From contig OX597830.1 in the NCBI GenBank assembly GCA_951406725.2, positions 31,124,001-31,188,000 of the forward strand: a stretch of DNA of 64,000 nucleotides, read 5' to 3'. The notes under the pieces were generated by a model. The model saw only the letters and a program-made list of their open reading frames with translations, ran no database searches and was not told the origin of the DNA. This DNA comes from Octopus vulgaris. Lineage: Eukaryota. The translations under genes and the position numbers were made by a program. Shown here one piece after another: positions 54,239-64,000 of the stretch; position 1 is the first letter of the stretch, and every line of letters begins with the position of its first letter.

Positions 54239-54359
54239 AATATATCTATAGGCTTCAGCCAACACAGTATGTAATTCTTTATTCACCAAAATATCATATA
54301 CATAGTTTTTTAACACCTGTCTATTGCTTAAAGTGTTGGCTAAAACCTATAGATATATT
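54239..54359. repeat. 27-bp inverted repeat with 67-nt spacer
   Basis: AATATATCTATAGGCTTCAGCCAACAC (54239-54265) vs GTGTTGGCTAAAACCTATAGATATATT (54333-54359), 25/27 complementary. Confidence 0.85.
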
Positions 54360-55057
54360 TGTTAACAAATAACAAGCATAAAAACAAAACATGATTACAC
54401 ACCAGTAGTTTATAAGTCCAAACAAGCTGTCGAGAAAGCATTATGATATGCAAATAAAGTCTACTTGATTTACTGGAGCCCTTAATGGTAGCGGATTTAT
54501 AATGTGTCTCTGAGGACAGTTAAAGTGAGTACTCAGCTGCTGATGAAATCTCAATACTAGAATGAAACTTCTCTGGCCCCACTTTTTTCTGTTCATGGAG
54601 AAATTATTGTATAAAATAAATTGTTTATTATATATAATCTATTACATACCTTGTTGATCATAGTCTATAGATATTCTCTGCTCTTTTGTTCATGTTTTGA
54701 TTTCATCCCCTTTAGTACAACTAAGTTAAAGTACTTTACAAGCTATAATATTGTATATATGTATATATATATATATCATCATCATCATCATCATCGTTTA
54801 AATGAAGAAATGAAGAGAATCAACACATGCTTTTGCCAGAAATATAGTCTAAAATAAATTTTTAAATAGCAGTCTCCAGTGGCAGCAAACTAGTTTTCTT
54901 TCGATATATTTTTTGGGATAGAATTTAGATTACATGTAACTCAAAGAATTAACCCAATCTCCCTATGCACTTCCACAAAGCAACACAGGTTATACATGCA
55001 TACATATATTAGTATGTATGCATGTAAATATATCCATAAATAATAATAAAATTAATA

Positions 55058-55270
55058 ATCCCTTCTACTATAGGCACAAGGTCTGAAATTTGAGGGGAGG
55101 AGGTTAGTCAACTACAACAATCCCAGTGCTCAACTGGCACTTATTTCATCGAACCGGAAAGAATGAGAGGCAATGGTGACCTTAGCAGAATTTGAACACA
55201 GAATGTAAAGACAGGTAAAATGCCACAGAATATTTTGTCTGTCATGCTAAAAATTCTGCCAGTTCACCAC
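55058..55270 (-). mobile_element. Degenerate SINE family A copy (reverse orientation)
   Basis: Reverse complement gives GAACTGGCAGAATTTTTAGCATGACAGACAAAAT...GTGTTCAAATTCTGC..GGTCACCATTGCCTCTCATTCTTTCCGGTTCGATGAAATAAGTGCCAG. Confidence 0.7.
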
Positions 55271-56194
55271 TTACATCAACCCCAGACTTGAACTGTACTT
55301 TGCCAACCCTACAGGGATAAAAGGCTAAGTTGAATTCAGAGCTGAAACAAATACAGCGAGGTTCATTTGACTATGAAAGTGAATGAGAGATCAGCAATGT
55401 GTATACAGAAGGAATCTAGGAGAAAGAGGGGTTTATACCCAGATTTACTAGCAGAAGGCTTTTGGCAGTAATACCCACATGTGAATTCTAGAAACACTTG
55501 TCATGAGTAAGGCGGCACCAATAATAAGCAGATATATTAAATATATGATGGGTAAATGGCAAATAATGCTGGTCCAGACAAAGGAAGAAGTTACAATAAT
55601 AACCTCCATTCTCATTTGAAAAAGACAAAATTTTCAAGAAAACTCCCTTTTTTTTATGCTTAGGGTTAACACATTTAACCAGCATGTTAAACCAGATTGA
55701 ACTCAGATTCAAATACTTTGGTAAAATAATCAACTAGTTTTGATCCTGCACATTGATAAACAAGACTTATGGCTAAAAACACTACATTGATTTATTAGCG
55801 TGCATCCAATTATAATAGTCACTTGGTCTCAAAAGCTGATAGCACATCTTTAATAGAAATGTAGAAATTATTCACTTATAAAGAGCAGGAAACAGAGATG
55901 AGCAGAATATGAAGGTTAAGAAAATAGAAACAATCTTTATGATAATGATCTGGGAATGATTTAAAAACATACAGACAATTACATAAGAGAAACTCCACAA
56001 CTTACAAATATGCACAAAATATTAATAAAATAGTACTATGTGATACTGCTCACATATGACTGCTAGTACTGCCAACACATTACAAAATACTAAACCAAAA
56101 CAAAATATTACATATACTCAAAGCACGCAGAGTTATGCATGGTAATTCAGTGAAAGCATGCAATAAAAATAAGACTACTAAAAAATAATAATGG

Positions 56195-56405
56195 TTTTCA
56201 GCATAAGCGAAAGGTCACAGGTTTGGAAGGGGAAGGGTACACTCAATTTAATTGATTTCAGTTTAACACTGGTATTTAGTTAATCAGCTATGGAGCAGGA
56301 GGAAAAGCAGTGTCAACCTTAAATAGATTTGAGCTCAGGATATAAAGGGACATAACTAAATACCAGAAGGCATTTTATCTAGCGTTCTACTAATTCCGCC
56401 ATACC
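56195..56405 (-). mobile_element. Degenerate SINE family A copy (reverse orientation)
   Basis: Reverse complement begins GGCGGAATTAGTAGAACGCTAGATAAAATGCCTT..CTGAGCTCAAATC..GGTTGACACTGCTTTTC. Confidence 0.5.
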
Positions 56406-57433
56406 CTGCCCTAATAATAATCTAGTATATTAAACACGGTTTACACTAACATTAAAGCAAGTAACAGCCAGAACACACACAGACAACAAGGAAAAGAAAC
56501 AGAACATGAAAAAAATAAATAAATAAACATCAAGACAAATAAATTGACAAAAATCAAGGAGAGAATAAAAAAAAACAAAAACAAGAAAAAAGAGAATGAG
56601 GAAAATGAAGAGAGTAGTGGTTAGAGGAGGATGAAAACAATAAAAAGCTAGGAGAGAAGTTAAAGACTTAATTGGTGCTGTTTAAAAGTAAGTCAGATTG
56701 GAAAGTCTGGTTCATAAAATGCCAGAGATGTAGTAAAGTAGGTTCTAGAAAGTCTGTTTAAATTCTCTTTACAAACCCACATCTTACCCCCACAACCAGA
56801 TCGTCATCATCATCATCATTACCATCATCATCATCATCATCATCCTCATCTATCTCCTACCACCCCTGATCCAGCACCGGTAATTATGACAGGTCTAAGT
56901 ACTTTCTCACATCAAACTAGTTAGAGATGACATTGTAACAATCAACATCATCATTGCCACCACCACCACCACTACCACCACTACTACTAATGCCACCACC
57001 AAACTCACTACCATCGCAACCACTACCATCACAAACGCTGTGACAGTAACATTACTACTATCACTAATACAGAATTCTAAAACAATATGTAACGCATCTA
57101 CTACCTAACATACTCGGGGCTAAAACCTCTTTTGACAAACTTTTTAAACTATAAACACCATCAACAACACCAGTGAACAAAAGAAGCCTCAATGTGATTT
57201 CTGAACCTACTAGAAATAGCAGCTAAATTTCCTTCAATTACAGCCTACTGATAATGTAGTTTTATATACATTGTCTAAAAATAAAACAGGATGGTCACAG
57301 CTGGAACATCATCATTGATGTGTTGGTCACATTCGCTTACTTGATGTCCAGTGTCTGCTGTGTCTTGATACTTATTTTCTTTTGGGTTTCATGTTTGTAC
57401 TCAAAGTTGCTAAATCTTTATTGTTATAATTAA

Positions 57434-57652
57434 CCCTTTTGATACCAACCCAGCTGAAACTGCCTCTGGGTCTGTAGTATAAATGTTGTGTCAAGAGTTC
57501 TGAATTAAAATCTTCCATCAAACCTCAGTCACAATTTATGTCCCTAACGCTAACTTAATGATAACTAAGTTGTTTTACTAATTTTTTTGTCATATTCAAA
57601 ATTAATTGAAAGAAACACAGAGCATCTCAACAGAAATATGGCAACAAAAGTG
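57434..57652. mobile_element. TTAA-flanked MITE (piggyBac-like non-autonomous DNA transposon), ~219 bp
   Basis: TTAA|CCCTTTTGATACCA ... TGGCAACAAAAGTG|TTAA: TIRs match 11/14, with TTAA at 57430-57433 and 57653-57656. Confidence 0.7.
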
Positions 57653-57656
57653 TTAA

Positions 57657-57850
57657 GGTATCAAGCTGGCAGAATTTTTAGCATGCCAGACAAAATGCTT
57701 AATGGCATTTCGTCCGTCTTTATGTCCTGAGTTCAAATTCCACCAAGATCAACTTTGCCTTTCATCCTTTTGGTGTTGATTCAATAAGCACCAATTCAGC
57801 ACATTGATCAATGTAAATGACTAGCCCCCTCCCACCAAACTTTAGAAGAA
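57657..57850 (+). mobile_element. Degenerate SINE family A copy
   Basis: AGCTGGCAGAA...GAGTTCAAATTCC..CAACTTTGCCTTTCATCCTTT aligns by eye to 12080-12240, with CpG to TpG/CpA decay. Confidence 0.75.
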
Positions 57851-57917
57851 AAGATTATTATCATTATTATTATTGGATTGGAAGGATCACTAGAGCATCA
57901 GACAAAACTGTTCAAAC

Positions 57918-58159
57918 CACTACTACTCCTTGAACCATGTTGACAACTTCCTGCAAAATAAGGCCTTAAACAACCAAGCAACAACTCAAAATGCCTTTGA
58001 AGACTTCATCAATTCCAAGACTCCAGAATTCTAACCTACAGTTTCCAAACTGTGCCACTTCTAGTGGTCATTATTTTGATTAATAAAATTTAATCTCAGC
58101 TGAGATGTTGCTTTAAAGTTGATAGTTAAAAACTGTAATTAATTTTGCAACAACTTGAA

Positions 58160-58162
<3 letters not shown>
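57918..58162 (+). mobile_element. Mariner (Hsmar1/cecropia-like) transposon 3' remnant: transposase C-terminus plus right TIR
   Basis: Translation YYSLNHVDNFLQNKALNNQATTQNAFEDFINSKTPEF*...SSGHYFD* resembles the mariner C-terminus (DYHFFKHLDNFLQGK..NAF.EF....GSYFD*). It is followed by TIR-like AAAACTGTAATTAATTTTGCAACAACTT and TA. Confidence 0.75.
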
Positions 58163-58200
<38 letters not shown>

Positions 58201-58286
58201 AACACACAAGTACATCTCTCTCTTGAAATATGTATGTGGGAACATGTATATATATGTGTGTAAATGTGCATGTACATATATATGTA

Positions 58287-58336
<50 letters not shown>

Positions 58337-58642
58337 AACATGTACGCAAGTGTTGTTGTCACTGTAACTATTGTAATTATTGCCATCGTCATTAAGCTTG
58401 TAACCTCTTCTTTAGGATTGCTGTTGTTAGTGTTGTTGCAGCTAGTGTTTTTGTATGCGTATGTATACAGAGTGGGTGGAGTTGTCGGCAAGAGAGGGAG
58501 TTGGGATTGAGAGGGTCTTTTATGTTGTCTGAAAGAAATAATTCATTAAAAATGCTCTAATTAATTCTTTGAAACACGATGGAGAAGGAGGTGGTGGTGG
58601 TGGGGGGAGTAAATGAACAAGACAATTAAAACAAGACAGATT

Positions 58643-58696
<54 letters not shown>

Positions 58697-59018
58697 TGAG
58701 ACAGAGTAGAAAAATATATGAAAACAACAAACAAACTTCACAACCAGATGTTGTCGGAAATGGTGTGGGTGAAGGTTTGATGGTTACGCGTTGCTACTAC
58801 TTCAAGCACACACACACATAAATAGTAACATGAAAACACATATCAATAAAAAGAAAATAGATCTAATTGCATACATACATGCATACCAGCACACATATAT
58901 TTCATATATACTCTCATAGAAACACAAACATGTAAGAGATTATAACGGAAACCTATGCACATATTTACATAAGTGACATATATGCACACATACAGATAAT
59001 CAGCATGAAATGCATAGT

Positions 59019-59052
<34 letters not shown>

Positions 59053-62000
59053 TACATTCATACATAAATAACGAGATTCAACTATATATACTCAAAAAAT
59101 GTTCACTTACACTCACCTATACATACTTACACATATATTTATGCATAAACATACACGCAACACTGAAGTGACCAGATTGAGCTACATGTTTTTAAGTGTG
59201 GACACAAATTATACATGAGCACTTATACAAATTCACACATCATCATCCTTCCCCGCTCAAATCAACTTGATTTCACAATATATACACTGAGCAAGCGAAT
59301 TGCATATAAACACTCCCCAGACACATTCAGAGCTTACCCGCACCTTACATACAGTGTCACTCACAACCATCCCCTACCAGGGTTGATGTGTTAGTGATGT
59401 TATTTAAGACAGCTTTCCCCTAATTATTTCTCTACAGGAACCATCTTCACTCAGAGACAGTATGGCTCTACCATTTCAATGGAATTTCTGCTAATATGTT
59501 AACTGACCTGAATTAGAAACCTTTAGCACTGTTGTGTAGTGTTACTGCTGTTATTGTTGAAGGTGGTGGTGGTGGTGGTGGTGGCAGCAGTAGCGATAAA
59601 TGATGTAATGGTTGTCTTTGGTGGTAATACTAATGATAGTGGAGGTGGTGGTGGTGGTGATGGTGGTGATAGCAGAAGTGATTGGGAAGGTTATAGTTGT
59701 CATATAAAAGTGGATGTTTCAATGTTATGCTGTGGTAGTGGAGGTGGTTGTGGTAGTGGTGGTGGTGGTGGTGGTTTAGCTCTTGCAGAACCATGACTGA
59801 GCAGATCTTTGATCAAATGTGCCCCAGTCATGAACATCTTATCCTGTGTTCAGACAATGTAACCAGGCCTTTTATTATTCAAGGAGTCTTTCTGTTTTTA
59901 AGACAGCAGGGCATGAACTGAAAGGAATAGTCTTGTTATATCTACTAGATAGAGTGACTGCATGGAGTTCCCTCATCCCACAAAATTTATTGCAATGGTG
60001 GTAACAATGGGACGAGGAAATCTGATTGTTGTTGTGGGGCCGGTGATAGTAGTAGTGGTTGTATTGTTTGTAGTAGAAGTAGTAGTAGTAGCAGCAACAG
60101 CAGCTGATGTTGTTGTTGTAATGGCATTAGTTGTTGAGTGAACTATCCTGAGATTTTAGGATTTTATTTATGTAGATTTTCTTAAAAAGTGACGGAGGAA
60201 TAGAAATGATTAATTACTGGACAAGATGTCTTTCAGTGTTTGTCTTTTATCCTTTTACATTCATTCACTTGTTCGTTCATTTGTTTAACATTTGTTTTCC
60301 ATGCCAGCATGAGTTAGATGAGGAGTTATTTGTAGTAGGATTTTACAGACAGATATTTTCCTGTTGCCAACCCATGATTGCTTTACAAGGAAGGAGTTTC
60401 TTTTTATTGAAGAGATTTTTGAAAGTAAAGGGTGACAATGTCAACAAGGTATGTCAACATCAACACCATTTCACTCAAGAGGTAACAAGTGAGGAATATT
60501 AATTTTTACACATACATACAAGATGGCTTTCAGCAGTTGGCGCCTCAGTTTGCCCAAAAGGCAAGAATAGGCATTGGACCATTTAGGACCGCTACATGCA
60601 ACATACTGGTATTTAAATCAGAAAACTTATCTCACGTGACTTTCTGTCTTGATATAGGAGCAAAAGAACATATTGGGGAACATTTAGATGGGATGGTCAC
60701 TGATGGAATACTTTTCATTACCTGTTTCATTGGTCATGGCTGACTTGTGACCAAACAACAAGGATCAAATTAACATCTCTGACAAACATCAGCCATATGC
60801 AGGAGTAGTTGTTACTAGTAAAAATAAACACCAGTATGAAAAACTTGCAGCATCATCAAGACCACTATCTCCATTATCACCACCTCCATCATCCAACTTC
60901 AGCATCAGCATTTCAAACAGCAATCACATGGTACACAACAAACAACAGTACTGGCTCAAGTAATGGTTCAAAAGCCATAATGTGCTGAATGGAAAATAGC
61001 GTCGCTAGGTGAGGCTGGCTGGCACTTAAACAGCATTGCTGCTTGACAGGTGGGCCAAGGGGAACCATCTTGTTCATTGCTCACCCTCCTCTCCAATAGT
61101 TCAAAGGCATGTACCACAAGACAGCTAGTCAGCTCTGGCTGCTGGACCAGAAACTAACACAATTCTGTTGGAAGATAGGCCTAGAGAAGTCGCGGGCCAA
61201 AACTGTGCATCATTCCCCTCCTTTGGTCAGCTGAAGCTTAGATTGTGCTGGAGCCTACCAGTGAGTATTTCATGGGAAATTTGGGCCAGGGTGGTCCATT
61301 TGCCCACTGACATTCGTTGACACTGCATCGAAGAAACCAAAGAACAAAAAGCCAAAGAAAAGAGATAAAAACGCACTCAACACCAGAGCTGAAGAACCTC
61401 TGAAGGCGGGGGGTGGAGTGGCAGTGTTGAAAACAGTAGAGGAGTAGGGACCGGATGTAGCTCCTCCTGATGATGTTCTTAGCTACTGGATCCTATAAAG
61501 GAGCTGTTGAGGTAGTGAACCAGGAAATGTGGTTGGAATTCCTCCTTGTTGTAGTAGAAGTAGTAATAATGACAGCAGCACTACCATTACTATCACTACT
61601 GCAATCACTACCCTCACCATTATTTCTACTTATGCTGTGATTACTGTCAGTCCCACCACCACCACCACCACAAGCACAATCAAGCAAAAAACAAAGAAAG
61701 ATGATCCTAAACATTGCTTCCATAGAATCCATAGAATAACAATATAGAGGAAAGTAGAGTTCAGAGAGTTTGAGGACATTAAGGAAGAGGCAGTTGGGGG
61801 ATGATCAAGGGAATATGCTGAAGAAGAGTGCAAATGAGTTGCGACAGGAATGGAAAATGGGCACAGAAGGGAGAAGAATGGACACAGTTCTGGATGTAGC
61901 ATGCATGGTAAGTGTACATGGGTAAATGGGTCAACGTACTTGCAAGGAAAGGTACATATAGAAGCGTGTATTTTCATGTGTTTTCGTACTTGCTCTATAT

Positions 62001-62323
62001 TTATATAGGTTTGTCATTTTTTACTTGTATGTGAGTGTATGGCAAGCATGCTGGTCGTTTTGATTTCTTTTTCTTTTTTGCGTCTTTCCGTGATAAATAT
62101 TCTCAAGAGTCATGTAAAGCAATATGTGTGAATGTGAGAAACTTCATGTTTATGGACCTATGTGTACGGCCATATGTACATACGTGTACACACATTTAGG
62201 CCTGTCTGCTTTCCCGCTTTCCCTCCCTAATTCCCTTTTGGATATATATATGTGCAAAGCAGCATACCTGTTTATCTCTGTATTAGGCAGTATGTGTATG
62301 TGCCCCTCTGTGACTGTGTACAA

Positions 62324-62365
<42 letters not shown>

Positions 62366-64000
62366 TATGTCTATATGTGCATGCATGAATATATGTGTGC
62401 GTATATATGTCGATATGTGTGTGTGTGTGTGATATGAAGATTAGTTTATTTAGCCCTGTACACTGCAGCCATTATTCTAATTAAGACATATTTGCATTTA
62501 AATGACAATAGAAGAACTCTATAATTACTGCCTAAAACATGACCTTTCCCTGGCTGACACATCAGTTTTTGTCATGTTGTTGTTGTTGCTGTTGTTGGTT
62601 GTTTTCTTCCATTTTTTTTCATCTATTTTATTATTATTATTATTATGTGTTTTTGTTTTTTTTACTCGGAGACAAGACCAGAAGAGAAAGAAGAACGAGA
62701 AATGAAACAATGAAGCAAGATGTTAAAAACAAACAAACAAACAAACACACAAAAAAAAAAAAAACTTGAAATTAAAGAAAAAAAACACCCCTAAATGAAG
62801 GGAGAAAATGAAGGAAAAAAAAACCTAAGAAAAACAAATATTAAACATAAAGAAAATAAATATGAAGAGGAAAAAATCCTTTTCGCTTTACTTCTACATT
62901 TTAAAAATTTTACTGTAATTTTTATTTTTCAAATTATTTGTTCATTATTATTATTAGTAGTAGTATTAGTATTATTTATTGGTAGTGTTGATGTTAGTGG
63001 TTGTTACGATGGTGTTGGTACTGTTGGTAGCTATGATGGTGGCGGTGGTGTAGTCGTTATTGGTTGTGGTGGCGACAGCAGTGGTGGTGGTGATGGCAGT
63101 TTAAAAAAAAAATTTTTTAAATACTTTATTTTTTGTCATCTGTTGTTTTTGTTTGTTTTTTTTTTATTTTCTCTCTTTGTTTTCTGTCTGTGCCTTTTGT
63201 TTTTTGTGTAATATTTCTCTCTCTACTTTTTTTATTTTTAAATATCTAAATAATTGGAAAAATTTAATTTAAATTTGATATTTTTGGATTGCTTGCTTTC
63301 CTTCTTTGTCTTGTATTTTCATCCTAGTTTTTTTTTTTATTCTATATTTTATTTTTCTTCAAATTTTATTTTCAGTCGATTTGCTTTTTTTTTTTTGTTT
63401 TGTGTGTGTTATTGTTGTTTTGTTCACTTTTTTTCTTGTAAAAGTAGTTATTTTACTTGTTTGTAATTTTTGTTTGTTTTATTCAAAGAAACCACACACA
63501 CACACACACACACACTCATTTGTTTCAGTTTATTTATTTATATTTTTACATGTTATTAACAAAACTGTATAAAGAATAAAAACAAAAGAAACCGAAATTA
63601 AACAACAACAACAACAACCTTAACAATATTACTACTACTACTAAAGATAATAATACCAAAGCAAATACTAATAAAATAGAGTAAAATCATCAATCAGTTC
63701 TTTTTGTTTTTATCGTTTCTCTCTCTTTTTCACATCTCACCCTCTTGCACTCCTTCTTTCTCAAATATTTTCTCCCTTTCTAATATGATCTCTCTGTTTC
63801 TCTCTCTCGCTTATTGACATATATATTCTCATTCTTTGTTTCCATACGTCTGTCTTTCTATCAATCTCTCTATTTTTGATCATCATTAATTAATGCACTC
63901 AGAATACACAGACATACACATGTACAGACACACACACACACACACTCAAAAACAGCTACAGTTTACACAGTAAACACATATATACAGGTGCACTGATGAT

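Overview
Eukaryotic, AT-rich, microsatellite-saturated DNA. The SINE families and repeat landscape point to an octopus (coleoid cephalopod) genome; this taxon call is an inference. The only well-supported protein-coding feature is one large minus-strand exon (22717-25990; ATG at 25936; phase-1 GTAAG donor at 22716). It encodes the N-terminal ~1073 aa, zinc-finger-rich part of a ZFHX3/ZFHX4 (Drosophila zfh2) zinc-finger homeobox protein. Everything else appears to be flanking intron of that gene: simple repeats, at least four SINE families, a decayed Penelope-like RT fragment, Penelope-type hammerhead-like termini, a mariner remnant and a TTAA MITE. Nearly all other ORFs in the track are microsatellite artefacts. 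The most interesting unexplained signals are: three uATGs in all three frames within the 54-nt leader, one closed by a UGA just before the main ATG; two dense GTGAC/GTCAC motif clusters sharing an inverted 13-mer; a CpG-content shift across the exon; several well-formed cryptic exons; and stem-loops. Repeat boundaries are approximate and read by eye.
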